Assembly (NCBI GenBank): GCA_051362555.1
Contig: CM120648.1
Coordinates: 1,961,721 to 2,025,720, forward strand
Reading direction: 5' to 3'
DNA length: 64,000 nucleotides
Source of the DNA: Lingula anatina
Lineage: Eukaryota; Animalia; Brachiopoda
Position numbers and translations under genes: made by a program. Below are positions 12,875 through 27,793 of the stretch, piece by piece (positions within the stretch are counted from its first letter, which is position 1; the number at the start of each line of letters is the position of its first letter). The notes under the pieces are model-generated. The model made no database searches, had not been told where the DNA came from, and saw only the letters and a program-made list of their open reading frames with translations.

Positions 12875-14025
12875 AAAACACTAGCAAGAAATGCATTATC
12901 AACTATTCTATTGCCAGCGAGATTAGTCTTATTCAAGTTAAATAGTATATGGTACCTATGCGTGTCTGTTATAATTGTGGAGAAACAGGGTCTGGTAAAT
13001 ATGAGAAGTGCATTTTATGAGGAAAAGAAGGTCAACTTCAAGGTCACATTAAGATGCCCAGAATATGATTTCCTTTTCAAGTTCAATAGTAGCTGTATTC
13101 CGCATCTAACGGCAGCTTCTCCTGTGAAACTGCACCAGTTGAACCCAAACTCACGAAGGGGCTGATAAAAGGATCATGTGCAAATTATGAGATCTTTTCT
13201 ACTCAAGTTTGCCATGTTGCAAAACTCCGACTTCGATACAATTTCAAAATTTTAACGATATGTATAAAATATACTGTGAAGAAAATGCTTTTTAGGGACA
13301 AAAATAAAAGTTAATGTGATATTCTGTAGGTGCTTATAGACTAGACCTATAAATGTAGATTATTTAATAAGGAGTTCTTCGGAAAAAGATACTGAATGTA
13401 AACTTTTGTAATGAAGGGAAAACAAGCAAACAAAATACATTAATTCCGTAAAATGGTATTTATTTTAAAGAAAATATTCTATTATCTTAGTCTGTTGTCA
13501 TGCCACTTTTGAAAAGCAAAGGGATTTCTGTTCAGATCAAACATTAATTGCCTCAGTGACGTCACTGGACACCCAAACTGCTTCCTATGTGATCTAACAT
13601 TCCAAAGCACGATAGGAACTCTGTTTGCCACGTGACCTTTATTCTAATAACGGCAGAGGTTTCTGGTTTAAAAGTCACATCACTTATTTTATTGCCAGGC
13701 ACGGTGTATGTATCAGCTATCATATCTTAATAGCAGGCTGGTCCCTTGTATTGTGTTAGGCTGCTGCATGTACATGCACGGTAAGTGACGTATGAGCCAC
13801 TGTGTGATAACTCTGTGTCAGACACACTGTCCTCCTGAGCCACGAGATCTCTGCAGATACAGTCGTGATTTGCAGCCAGTCAGTCTGTCATCAGATTACC
13901 AGATCACTGCACAGGCTGCCCTTTTCATGAAATAATTAGACTGCTGCAACATTCTTCCCCTGTTTTTCAAAACAAGGTCAACTAAAGCAGCAGTGTGTTA
14001 AATAAGTTTTCTTTCCAGTTTCTGG

Positions 14026-15152
14026 CTACCTCTTTGGCCAGCTAAGTTTTGATCCTCCTTGTTTGTGTCCCTTGTTACTATGTGTGTATGTCATACTCTT
14101 CTTCCCAGATCTAGGATTCAGACTAGGCTTGGAGCCACCCTGAAAGGGTCAAGGTCATAAGGTCAAGGTCATTCAAATATGAATACCAAGTCTTATACCA
14201 GAGACTAAGGTCAAGGTCATTCAATTATAAATATAAATTCTAATGCCTTTATAAACCAAGTCTTTTATTACATAAATAACACATTGTTTAACTTGAAAAT
14301 TCTCTACAATATTCAGTAACAGCCGACAACAAAAAGACCAACTGCAATTTAGCAACTCAGGGACTATATCAAACCAGTAATTTCAATGTCATACCTTAAA
14401 CTTCCCAGAATGGTGCTTATTTGGATCATAATGTTTTTTATGACTCTTTCCTTCTTTCTCTGAAAAATAAAAAATTACAATACAGTGATAATATATAAAT
14501 GTATGTGAAATAATGTCTATATATTGGTCTAAAAGCACATTCAAAATAAAAAGGCATTTCATGCAAAATGAATTCTATTTTTAGCATTATCAGCTCTCAT
14601 GACAGTCAATTTATATTATTATCTGAAATAATTTTTATTTTACACCTTGGGTCCCCCAAATGACACTTATGCCACATTCCTGAATTATCAAAACCCTCTA
14701 CAAAAAATTAAAAATCCAAATGAAACATGACCCAACAACCGCTGAGTTGATTGAAAAAATTAGTTTTTCTTTTTACACATTTCCATACACACATTTCTCC
14801 CTTGAAAAGTTACCTTCAAATATTTTATAATCCATCTTACTATAGTCAAAAGGCTGTATAGGTTCTGATGTTGTTGGCATCTTTGGATCTTTCCTGTGCT
14901 TTTGTTTTCCTTTCTCTTTCCTTCCTTCCAGTTGACTACTGTCCAAGCTGGTGTCTACGTCCGAGTGTTTCCTCTTTTTACTAGGCATCTAAAGCACAAA
15001 CAGGTATTTTTGTTTCATAATTCTAAAGAGAGCTAATGACCCTTTCGAATATAGTCTCAAAATGAGTTTTAAGAAACCAAGACCTGTCAAAGTCCAGGGC
15101 CACTTCCATCAGAATTTGTTTCCAGGACAAGTTCCCTATCTGTACCTTTATC

Positions 15153-15199
<47 letters not shown>

Positions 15200-18132
15200 G
15201 TTAACCAGTGAAAAAACATTAAAGAACCCATTACCTGGAATATAATAGGGGCTGTGATGTCCTGTTCTTCAACCTGGATCACCTGTGTGTCCACTGCTGA
15301 AAATTTATAATTTTAATAATAGTCATAATAATAATAATACTTTAACTGGTCATGCAGAACCCATTTTATTATATGTATTCCAGTTATGAAAAAAAAAAAA
15401 AAAACAAACACTTAATAAGTTTGTTTTTAAATTATATAATATCAGGGCATTAACATGTAGTTTAGCGTCTCACTGTGTTTTTTCAATTCATTATAAATAA
15501 TTGATTTTCATTTGATTTTTTAAAAGTATTTCATTTCAACTACTGGCACAATTGAAAGCAATTTAAATTTGCATACAAGCAAACACAAGCATTTTATTTT
15601 TATTTTATTTTATTTTATTTTATTTTTTTGTATGGCAGTGAGTGTGAACCAAGCCCCATGAGAATCAAAATGTGTTTGTAATTTACCTGTATTCTCCTGA
15701 ACAGCTGTTCTTTTTGGAGTATTTTTCATCAGTCGCCATCTTGGACTAGAGAGGAGACACTGAGAAAGAAATATTTCTTTGATTTAAACCAATCCGCATG
15801 AAGTCCAACAATTCCGTGAGCCTTCATGGGTTTATCAAAATATTCACTGTGAAAACACAGCATAAAAGCAAACTCATCAAAATTCAGATTTCAAAGAAAA
15901 ATTAGTTTTGTTTACAGAAAATAATAACAGCATCACTACTGAATGAAAGCTTGGTGCCTCTTTCCCAGAAAAAAAGAGCACACACTTTCTCTGGAGATCA
16001 TCATTGCCATATACTCCATACCTCAGTACTTCCTGCTTGGTTTTCTTCCTCCACTGCAAAAGAGTCTCCCATTTTCACCAAATCAGCAGGCAGATACTGG
16101 AAAAAGACAAGACCAGGAATAAAGCAGTTTGTGACCTCAACACAGGTCTATTGCCAAATGCCAGTAATACTGTAGACTGACCAGTGAAATTTGGTAAATT
16201 AAATGTTTCATGAGAAATATGAAAGAAATATTCTGAATGATTTGTGGCAAGTTTTGAAATATAGTAATGTGCATATTGTGGCCTTGATTTGCAAGGTAAT
16301 TTAAGACACTTACTTTATGAAATGGACTTGAAAAACTTTTCTGTATGCTAGCTGCTGTATGGCAAGCTTTTGTGGCACCTTTTAAAATCTCCTCCTGAAA
16401 ATGAAATGCATCTTTAAACAAATAAACTTCACCTAGAAAATCTATTCTAACAATGCTATAAGTTACAAATTACATAAATGAGCAATTGCAATATCCACCA
16501 TAGATCATATGGCTAACAAAGGCTTTTCACCTAAACTATCATGAGTGCCCATAATCTCTTTTTTTTTGTTTTCTCACATATGTTCATTAACTTCACTCAG
16601 TCCAATAGTTTTCCATTTGATTGTTATTACTTATCAAGCTTTTGACTAAAAAAATAATCTTTACATAAACACACACATGCACAAACAAACACTCATTAAC
16701 GTAAAGTAAAACATATCCTACCTTTGGGTCCCAAGCTAGGGCAGAAATTAAAGGAACTTTTTTAACTACAATAACGGATTTGGCATCATCCCCAAACATT
16801 GAAGGCTTGGTAGATACCAACGAAGGATCTAAAATGAATATAGAAATAAACAAATACATAAATAAATGAATTAATGAATACAACATAAATAAAGACAAAA
16901 AATATCCCATAATTACATTGAGCAAGAAAATGTTGAATTTTATCCAAACAATTTTTAAGAGAAAGAAAAAAGATTTCTGTTTGATACAGAGTATTATCTT
17001 CAGTAAAAATATTGTTTTATTATCGTTTTGAGGGTATTTCTGATAGATCAATAAATGTCTGATGAAAAAGTTTTACATACATGCTGTATCAATCAACCTT
17101 TGCCCTGTGTCAGAGCTACTTTTAAGGTCATACAATTCTTGATTTTGAAGGAGAAAAAATACTTCCGTATCAAAATGGAAAAGACTGCAAAGTCATCATT
17201 TGAAAACTAACCAAGAACTCTGCTCTCCCCAACTGTCGTCTGCCGCTTTTCCTGCCACGACCAATCATGGCAGCACCTAAGAATGTGTTCTGCCCTATAC
17301 TTGGGATGCTGGGATACATTTGGTTTTAACTCTTTCTTGGAAACTTCAGTCTGAAAGTAATGATTTGTGTTGAATACAATGATTTAAACATAAACCAAAA
17401 TAATTTAATCTCTCTCTCTCTCTCTCTAACTTATTGATTGAGAGATCTTTAAATTCAAGGCACAGACAGTAATTATAAGATCATTGTGATTTAATCTCTA
17501 TCCCCACCTTGGTCAATGGCCTGTCTCTGGCAGCCAGTATAAACTGGTGGATTTCATTCACATATTGCTTCAGTAAAGGCGGGACAGGATTACAGCAGGC
17601 TATAACACCTTGGCTCTCCCTAAAATAATACACAGTATAAACTGGTGGATTTCATTCACATATTGCTTCAGTAAAGGCGGGACAGGATTACAGCACGCTA
17701 TAACACCTTGACTCTCCCTAAAATTAAATACACAAATCTCATCTTTCAAATATGTAAACTAATTGGTTGTTTTTATTCATGTACAGAGCTTTTTATTGTG
17801 AAGTCGTAACTTAAAGATTAAATGGTCTGTTAGTTTAAGTAGCTAAATATTATGCTATGTTCAGACAGGAATTTTTTTAGATCTGCAATAAATGTAACTG
17901 GTATCATAACTATAGATTCTCTAGATTACACTTCCAAAGTAACCTTGTCTGAATGCGGCTGTACTCACCTGGGTAACACTTCAGCTATCTGTAGCAACAT
18001 GTGGTTGGGTAACACATAACTAAAACCAAGGAACAAATATTATTATCATTATTATTATATAACTTAACTAGTATGAGAGCTCATATCGTGTATGAGCTCA
18101 CTGTATCCAATCTCTCTCTTTCTCTCTCTCTG

Positions 18133-18165
<33 letters not shown>

Positions 18166-21100
18166 GACACACACCAAATTCACTACTCACAAATCTTATA
18201 TAAACAAACAAACAACAAATACAGCAAAATTGTCCTTTTTCCTTAGAAGGAAAAATCCTTATCCTGTACTCTAATCTTCCAGCTGACAACAACCTACTTC
18301 ATACGTCCCTCTCTCTCTCTCTCTCTCTCCCCCCTTACCCCCCACTGTCATTCAAGCCTTACCCTGTGCTCTCGTCTTCCAGTCTGGCTATTCCGTCTCT
18401 CCAAGCAAACAGGTCTCTGAGAGCTGATAATTGCTGAGAGTTGAAGACCTTTTTACTCTTCCTGTACAACTCTAGGTGGCTGTCCTGGGTAAACATTGGC
18501 TTCTGGTAGGTCTAATGGTAAAGTTTAAAGTCCATTTTTAATTTTAAAGTGAAATCGTTTTTATTTTGGTGTACTTCGGACCATGTCTTATTTGTGTAAA
18601 TTCAATTTTAAAAATGAGGTTAAAAATGATTCGCATACATTCAGTGGAGTTTAAAAGACTAAGGGAAAATTATTAACATGTACAGGACATATGTAAGATA
18701 AAATGGTGGACCATTATCAGCCATTTCCTGTCAGTGAAACAACCAATACAAATTATGACTGCAATCTGAATCAAAACTAAAAACTTTAAGTTTATCTTAA
18801 CTTGGAAATCTAAAATTTTTAGCTCAAGGATGACCCAATACGTATAAAGAAGAAGTAGGCCACAGTTCTGAAATACTGTACATTTTACTAAAAAAAGTTT
18901 ATGCCTTAGGGCAACAGTTAGTGTTACTTCGTTTTGTGGCCATCCTTAATTTAAGTTGAGAAAGTGAGACGAAACCAAGACCAATTACTAGACATGAATT
19001 ACTTGTGAAACCATTCCTATTACCTTCTGACATATATGCTTGCTCCTCTCAATCACAGACAGAAGCAGGTTGTTCAGGTTGTTCCCTCTCTCAATCAGCT
19101 CCTTCTTCATGCGTTCATAGATGTATAACAAGTAGTGGGTATCCTCACGGGCGTACTTTATGAGCTCATCTGGGAGAGGTCTGAAAAACGGAGGAATATG
19201 GAGTCAAAAATCTTTTTTTTTAATCTGCAGGATATGGCAACTTCTTACTAAACTGCAATGAAATAGAAATACTGATCACAATTTACTTTATATGACCTGC
19301 TTAGTTTCAATATTATTCCTTTTTCTGTGCAATACATTATGCTGCTAACTTGAGTTCATTTTAAGGTTAGAGTTAGGATGATCCATGCACCCAGGCTGAA
19401 CCAAGTACCTAACTATAGGCTGCATATAGAACCTAGAACGGTTGTGAACCCAGCTCAGCCAGTAGCTGGGCCACAGAGCACCTAATTCGATTCAGTTCAG
19501 AACCAAACAGGGTTGACAAGCTATCACATTCTCTATCGTAGTTGTCAACATATACTGTATGTCTGCCCTTACTAGACTGTTCTGCTGTAGTAGGTACATC
19601 AAGGAGTATCTAGCTAGGTTCAGTGTAGAGCCTAGATAGGTTGAGAACCTACCTCATTCTCCAGTCTGCCAGCTGATACTGTTTGTCTGGCTCCACCTGG
19701 CAGTACTGCTGGAGTAGGTACACAAGGGAGTACCTAGCTAGGTTCAATCTATAACCTAGCTAGGTTGAGAACCTACCTCATTCTCCAGTCTGCCAGCTGA
19801 TACTGTTTGTCTGCCTCTACCTGGCAGTACTGCTGTAGTAGGTACGCCAGGGAATACCTAGCTAGGTTCAACACTCTGGAGGCCTGCCCCGTATCAAACA
19901 TGTTCACCACGTAAAGACCCAGGTCACGTTGGAGCCATTCTATGTCCATATCAGCTCCATGGAAAACCTTGGATATCAATGTATAAATGTAAATAACTCG
20001 GACTCTAGTGGCATGAGAACTATTTGAAAAATTTTAAAATATGGCTTATTCTGGCTGAAGATAACAACAATTTGTTGTAAAATTACGATGCTTCATTAGC
20101 CCTAACTCGGTCCTTAGCTCAAGTAGAAAATATCTTCTTGCTTATTGATAAAATTTTTCTTTAAATGACCTATGTAAGTATTCTCCCATAATTCACATTT
20201 TTCCTTACCTTGACAATCCCAGGATCAGTGAAGACCTCATTCAGCAAGTACAGATCCCCCCTCAAGGTTAGTGTGTCTATCACATAGTCATGGTCTCCAG
20301 TAGATATCTGCATCAGGCACGTAATGCCTTGGTAGGTTCTGTAAGAATGGTGCTGTAAAAGAGAGAGTATTCTGGATAATATTTTCACCAAATTTAACGG
20401 TGGAGGCTACATTCCAATTGGCGTTTATCTGAGGACAAGATGCCTCAAAAAGATCTTTACAAATCTGAATGAAGTTTCCATTTCATGACAGAAAGTTATT
20501 CAAGAGGAAAACAGTGCTTAAAATTTCAACTAAATTCCAAGTCTCCTAATATTACATTTGATCACTGTTGTTGAAGTTTCCAAGACAGACATCTATTCAA
20601 AAGGGGAGAACTGATAACAATTTTGACTGAATTGGGATCTCCTAGTATAATCTATTATCATTATATTCATATTTTGCCTTGATAGAAGTCTGAAATCTTG
20701 GAGTATGGTCTATTATTGCATTTGAAACACCTCACTTGGACTTATGTCCCATTTAAATTTTAATTGATTTGAAATCCTGCATAAATTTACCTATAAAAAA
20801 TTTTTATATTATTATATGAACCAAACCCTCTTTCAGAGCATTATGGCCATCTCTTTTTAAGATTTACAACTACCAAAAACTTTGTGTTAGGACTTGGGAC
20901 ATGTCAAATAGTATTCAATACATTTCTCCTCCAATTCGATGAGACAACTTTATTATTGTATAAAAAAGTGTTAGACCAGACGTACCTCCAAATCCACAGC
21001 AATTAATTTCTCCTCCTTCAGTCTGTCTATCATCTCTACGAGGGTCGGAGTGGTGTCAACATAGGTAAGGGGAGTGTCTTCCAGAGACTTTGGAGGCTAA

Positions 21101-24100
21101 AAATAATAATACGCGTGCATTTCAGTTAGATGTCATTAGGGACTTTCAAACCTTTAATTTGCATTAATTCATTATACTTTTTATTTATTCCAAAGCCATT
21201 TATTATCTCAATCTTATCTTATTTCAATCATTTTTACTATTATTATAATTATTGTTATTATAAATTACAGACATGCATGCATGCAAAGGTACATGTGCAT
21301 ACTGAACATAGTCATCCTAACTGATCTGTAAGGAGAAAGTTACTGTTTTCAAAACAAGGACAAAACCCTTCCTATTCTGAAATGATTATTTCCTTTTATC
21401 ACCTTACACGTACAACAGACTCACCGCAGGTTCCTTGGCTAAGAGTTGTTCTTCCTTTGGAGTGAACTGGTTCAGTTCATACTGATATGGGTGAGGGTAC
21501 CTGAAAATGTAGTGTAATCAAGGAATTAACACTTGAAAAATATTTCTTAACATGGATAACCTCAAAAATTGAGCTGTATATTCATTACATACAATGTATG
21601 AGGACATTGATTGGATAATTATGTTCTTCTTGATACCACTGCCTTTTGTGGATAATCAAATATATGAGAGAAAAAGATGATTTACTTTGAGTGTCACTTG
21701 TCACAGACATGTTTCTTTGGTATCTTAAGCAAGAATTGGAAAAGACGCCACAGGTGTAGGGGAGAACAGGAAGCAAGTGCCCCTCTCCCTACCCCTAACT
21801 TAAAACTCCTGTATTCAGACGAGATGAGTCAAGAAAGAAATGAAAAGCATTTGTCCCCCCCCCTCTTAATTCAATATCAGAATCTTTAATTGATAAATCA
21901 GCAGGTATTTTCACACAATTTCATTTTATCTACAACTTACTCCAGCCATTCAAACTGGTCTCCATATTCATCTGTTTTGTCAATTATTTTTGGCACAAGA
22001 CTCTCTGAAAAAAATCCAAACATTTATTATGACAAATAAAATTGCTTCAGTGTTCAATTTTCAAAAAAAAAAAAAAAAAAAAAAAAAAAACTTATATCAT
22101 ACTTAAAAAAACAACAACTTAATTTTGGGTGGCATATTGCATATATTTTATAATTTTGAATATTATTCAATACCTACCCTCAAGAGATCTCAGAGCATTT
22201 GGTTTGTGTTTAATTTTGGGCACAAACGATGTGTTGGGCGAGTTGTCCACTTTGTCCTGAAACTTGAGCTGGGGTCTCTGGACAAACCTTGCAGCTAACA
22301 GTCTGTAGCTGGTGGCCTTCTGGGCTGGGCTTTCAGACGACTGGAATAACACAAACAGAGACATGATTAGAGTGGTTCCCCTCTTGAGGCGTGTTTCCAC
22401 TGAAATTGGGTCAACCCAACTTGACAGTCATAATCTATCTCAGCAGGTCTGCTGATTACAAACAGAAATCTGAACTAAAAGAACAAGGCTTACATCAAAT
22501 ATAACAGTAGTGGGTGGGGTAACAGAGGGATTAGATTGGCTCTCTATAGTGAGCTAAACATAACCTGGAGACAGACCCATCCAACTTCATCTTAAATACC
22601 GTGTTGGTGGACGGGACACAACTAGGATTAGATGGGTTTCTTGTGGTGAACTTAACACAATAGGTCCATCATTTGTGTATGATCTTATTTTTTACCTTTT
22701 TATTCCAGCTGGTATTGATGTGTTGTTTCTGTGTTACACTGGCCACAACTAAAGTGCTGTCCTGTTTCTTAATACCAGATGCCTCATCCAGAAAGGAACT
22801 CTAAAAGAAAAGAAAAAAGAAATGCCAAGTCATTGTAATGCTTAGCCATTATAAATCAAATGGTTAGAAATGTGTTAACTGATGTGTTTATAGATATTTT
22901 TCAGTTAAATGAACTGAAAAAAAAAAGGAACAAAAAATCAAAAATAAGTGTTATGAAAAAACATTTAAATACAAAACGAGTGAAAAATTTGCATTTTTTA
23001 TAGAATTTTCTATTTTACATACAGATAAAAAAAGAACTACTTTAAAAACACACTATTCCTTTTTTATAAACTTAACATACCACTCTCTCTAACATCTGAT
23101 CATTAGCGTCAACCAGTACATCAAATTTATCCTCTACTTCAACAGACTGACTTCCACCAGACAGGTTGCCTTTTACATTCTGGTGTTTTAGTAAATCTTG
23201 CATTCTGAAAAAAAAAAACAGAAGGTTGCTTTTTCAAGTCTGGAGTTTGAGCAAGTTTAATTTGAAATGTATGTTGTGCAGGTTGCATTGTGGTGCTTTA
23301 GCAAGTCTTGAAATTTATAATTTAAACAAATCTGATACAATGTGGTACAAAAATAAATTTTCTTTCCTGTTTTAAAAGTTCAAGCCTGTTTAGAATTCTA
23401 GACATTAAATGCATTAACAAAAACCATGATTCCTTTATTGATTATGATGATGGCAATGACGGTAAATTTAAAACAAAAAGTTCCACAGTTAACATTTATT
23501 AACCAATAACCACAACAACGACAACAACAACAATAATAATAATAATGAAATTTACTCACAACTGCAAAACCCTCCTTCCTTCTACATTCATCAGTTCCCT
23601 AAATCCCCCAAAGCTGGAGTAGAAGTCGTAGTCATTGCCTGCAGCCGGCAGCTCGTTGGATGCCCTGATTGCTCCCATTACCGACTGCAGGGCTTGCTGA
23701 AAGACAGAGAAGTAATACTAGCATATAGGCTTCCTAAATATACAGTGTATTATCAGAAATACTAGTTTGCCTAAATAGGTTGCTCTCTCTCTCTCTCAAA
23801 CACACACACACACGATCTCTCTCCCACTCTCTCTCCCTACTCATTACATCTCTGACTGCCCTGAAGCTACTACAGTGCGAATGCAAAATATAAAAGTTTA
23901 CACATCATTTACTACACTATGGGACTGACAGCAGACGTAATTTCTTTCTGCTACTGTCCAGAGAGAATATCAAAATAATTAAAACACATAAACGTCACTT
24001 GTGGGGCTTAAAGCAAGACATAATCATACTTACTTGAGAGAATAATGAAACATCGCTGTGGCCAGGTATAAACTCTGCCGACGTATTACCTATTTCCTTC

Positions 24101-24108
24101 GAGTCCAT
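14026..24108 (-). CDS. EXOSC10: Exosome component 10 (Rrp6 / PM-Scl100) 3'-5' exoribonuclease, multi-exon, complete
   Basis: ATG at 24108 (exon 24034-24108). PMC2NT-like exon (ASNELPAAGNDYDFYSSF); RPQLKFQDKVDNS; DEDD exonuclease motifs [64 protein letters not shown]; HRDC domain (LFAWRDGIARLEDESTGYVLPNHMLLQIAE); FDYSK motif; C-terminus GKKSMTY...LSWPKR* with stop at 14026-14028. Confidence 0.96.
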
Positions 24109-24739
24109 GCTGTATTAACTTACGAAGCTTACCGTAATTTATGCTTTAGTTTCGATTTATGAAGCTAGCACATTACCTCTTTTTTTTACCAAAGAGACCC
24201 ATAATAAGATAAAACCCTTTCATATTTAGATACATAAAGATTAAATCTAAACATTATTTTGCAAGAAAAACAATAAAACTTATTAAACGAATTCGAAAAA
24301 AAAAAAAAATATTACTGATCAACTCTAGGTATGCATTGCGTTAGTTGGGACAGCATAGAGCAATAGGAAACATCCAGACTGCTGTTCATAAAAAAAGTTT
24401 GCCCCAACTTAACGAGTCGGCTGATGAGTGGATCAAAGTTCTAAGTTTTCTTTGAATCAAGACAAATCTGTAGTATTATATAAAATATTATAACATATTT
24501 TAGAGAAAATTAAATGATGGTTGCTTAGCCTACAAGTTTACTTTACCGATAGACTTAATAATTGAGCACCCAAGAACACCGTTTTAACGCCAATTTATTG
24601 ACACCATTCAGTAATCCAAAACACTGCCAGTGATTTTTCTTAAAAGCTTAAATTTAGTTCAGATTTTATCGGTCTTATTATGTGATTTTCCTATGTGAAT
24701 TATGTGTGTGATTTTATATATGGACTCTTTTCTTTCATA

Positions 24740-24774
<35 letters not shown>

Positions 24775-24807
24775 GAATTATACTTTTGTTTGTTGCAAAT
24801 TTGTAAT

Positions 24808-25110
24808 GAGGGGCCATAATTTCATGACAAAAAAAATTTAACCAAAATGACCGCACGGGATTGTAGCCATGCACATCAACTTTGCCAATTTTCGTAATAA
24901 AATCTTGTTCAGGAATGAGGTTACACGTACCACTGCGATTGCTATCTCACCTCGAAATAGAAAGGTGTTAAATTTACGATAAAAGCCTTGAGTTGCCTAT
25001 GCTTATACATTGCAACGAAAAGAAATAAACGCTGATACTTTACATTTTTGAAGGGATTTTATTGTTTAAATCAGCTCAAAGATAGATGCATTATTGTAGA
25101 GTTACATGCA
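24808..25110 (+). repeat. Dispersed ~310-bp repeat, copy 2
   Basis: Colinear similarity with 4295-4610. Confidence 0.75.
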
Positions 25111-26019
25111 GGAAAAAAACTCATTTTCGGTATCTGGGTGATAATAAAGGCTTACAGATTCCTTAACTTGTACTTTATTACAGACATCAAAGAAAAGCAC
25201 TCCGTGATATTTCAACTCAATTTTACTATGTACTCACTGGAAATGGTCATAAAATCACAAAACAAAATCTTGCGTTTGAAATGCAGTCGTTTGTACCGGC
25301 CCCTTCAAAAGCATTATTTACAATAAAACATAGCGGGGCATCTCCACTGGTCTATATACAAACCTGTTGCTATTTACAATTAAAACTCGTTAGAAATATG
25401 AATAAAATTGACTTCTCATAATAGACAAAGCTCGAAAGATCAAATAATCATTTCATACAGGTAAGCAGATAGCATACTCCGTGCTTTGATTTGAAAAAAA
25501 AAAAAAAAATGGCGTGTGTGTTTGTCAACCAAGATTTTAAATCTTCTGATCTCCACCTATCATATTTCGCTGTCGTCTGCTCGCGGGTGTCACTAGCGCG
25601 CAGCTGTATTCATGGTGCGATCCAGTGGGAGGCAATGCGCACCCGACGACTGAAAGTTTTGCCGAGTGCCCAAGATTTTTGCATTACAACAGTGACAGCC
25701 ACTAGAAGTTGGTGCAATTACTAGTAGAGCTGTCACCAGTGCCATTACACGTGCTTCGGTTCTTATAAAAGAAGTTGAAAAAGACCGCCAAACCTTCCCG
25801 TTCGTTTCTTACCCCTCCACCCCAAATAAATAGATGAATAAAACTTCATCAATTTACATCTAACTTATATAGACCAAAAATGCACTGAATGACAGAAAAA
25901 GAAAAGAAAAGGAAAAAACACATAATCTACAACCAAAAAGGTTAAAACAGTGATTCTAAATCAAGAAAATCAAGAATTAAAATTATTTTATCTCAAAATC
26001 AAGAAAATCAAAAATTATT

Positions 26020-27793
26020 CTATTCCTTCTCTCCAGATTTCCTGCTTTTGGTTTCCTTGATTCCGAGACCAACTACGGGAGGTAGACGCTGATTCTGCTC
26101 TATGTTGCTCCTGACATTGGCGGTGCTGTAGAGGTGTTTTATATGATGTTTGCCTGTAAGGAAAGTGCGTATGATTGATACGAGAGAGAGAGAGAGAGAG
26201 AGAGATGAAGGTCGAAAAAGAAGTTAGGGGGTGTCAAATGGAAAAGAAGACCTTTATTCAAGAACTGAATGAAACATTTAATGTGCACAACTGAAAATTT
26301 GAATTCTTTGAGTCAAAAAGTCCTTACTATTTTTTGTTAGATTAATCTGGCCACGTGGCGCAGCCTTTGGCAAAAGGGGCAGCGAAGGCAAGGTGTCCAC
26401 AGTTATACGGTTGTTGGCAGGAGCCACGCCCTCTAAGCTGGTTATTTTCATCAGGGGTGTGTGGGGAGGATGTCCCCTGTCAGCCCCCGGGCATGTGGGG
26501 TCAGTCTGATGGTGGTTGTTGATGGCTGGTAACTTTATACTATCCACTGAAAACAAGAAAGATGTTACTTTTTCAGATAGGTGCACTCTCTGCGAATATT
26601 GTGAACATATCTTTACATCTTTTTTCAAAATGACCGTGCATAGTTCTTATTCAAGATCAAAGAAAAAAATGATAACACACACACACGTATGCTGTGTGCA
26701 TTATAAATAAATCTTGTTATAAAAAAATTCAAGAATAAACTTCCCCGAAATATTTACCTTGATCTAGTTCAAATATTTCTAAACTAAACTAATTAGAAAT
26801 AAAATGAGATTTAAAAGAGTAAACGACTCTTACCTAGAGTTTCAACCCAAGCGGAGGCAAACTCGTGCACGTGCTCTCTCTTTTGCAGGGTTAGCGATTT
26901 TCTCTAAAATTGTGACAAATCGTCTAGAATATACACCCGTTTTGAATTTCAATTTACAGGGTAAAACAAAATATGCAGTGAATGATTTTGACGCTCATAA
27001 TAAGAATTACTAAGATTTGTTACTAAGGGGAAGATTTTTTTTTTTTTTGAGGAAGGGAAATATATGTCGTCAAAGAAAGCTTAATCACAATGCATGTAAA
27101 ATCATAAAATGGAGAGCAAATATAAGAAGAATTCAGAGGGATTTGAAACTAAAGGAAAAGATGGCTATCGGAGTAATGATGTTGTTGAAATCAGTTCTTG
27201 TTGCTCACAGTTTTGATGCCGGGCAATTGGGGCAGGATCGTCTGCAGTTTCGTCTGCTGATCCCACATGGCACTGCTCTTCGCAAGTGACGATAGGGGCG
27301 TAATGGTCCCGTATGTGGCTTCTCTAACATTTGTGGCGGGAAAGTGCTGTTGCTCAGTGGTGCACGTGCCCCTTCCTCGCAGCTCTGGGAGGAAATTGGA
27401 GACCAGGGGTTTTCTCATGCTTTCCATGGAGAGTTTCCCTTGTACTAAGAGCCGTTGATGGCTTGAACTGGAAACTGCCGCTTTTAGGCGAGGGTTTATA
27501 TCTGAAAAAGGGGACAGAAATAGACAGAAACAGTATATACGGAGCTGCTAAACGTTACCAATTGTCAGCCAAGATGTAACATGGAATTACAAAGTGTGAG
27601 GCAGGGCACAAAAAATATCACATACATACAAAGATAGTCCTCTTCACTCACGTGACGTTACTGTTTCATATCGGCCCGCCAGCTCTTCGGAATATTCTGG
27701 TATTTTTAATAAGTCCTTCGTTGACTTACCATACACTGACATTCCTCCAAACAATCCATTTTTATCTCTTTGATCAACTTTTCTGTATGCCAT
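26020..27793 (-). CDS. Uncharacterised ~285-aa, probably disordered protein, 5 coding exons
   Basis: Exons 27652-27793, 27209-27501, 26834-26903, 26328-26546 and 26020-26153 all have canonical splice sites and join in one open frame (phases 1,0,1,1) from gcaATGg (MAYRKVDQRD...) to ...SRKSGEKE*. A probable 5' UTR exon donor lies near 28138. No family recognised. Confidence 0.7.

Noticed and set aside
20000-20660. Possible Helentron-like repeat remnants in EXOSC10 introns
   Set aside because: Only a vague resemblance; no termini or second copy could be shown within the window.
14140-24030. Intronic snoRNAs in EXOSC10; tRNA or rRNA genes anywhere in the window
   Set aside because: No convincing box C/D or H/ACA structure or cloverleaf seen by eye; an Infernal/tRNAscan-SE run would be needed to exclude them.
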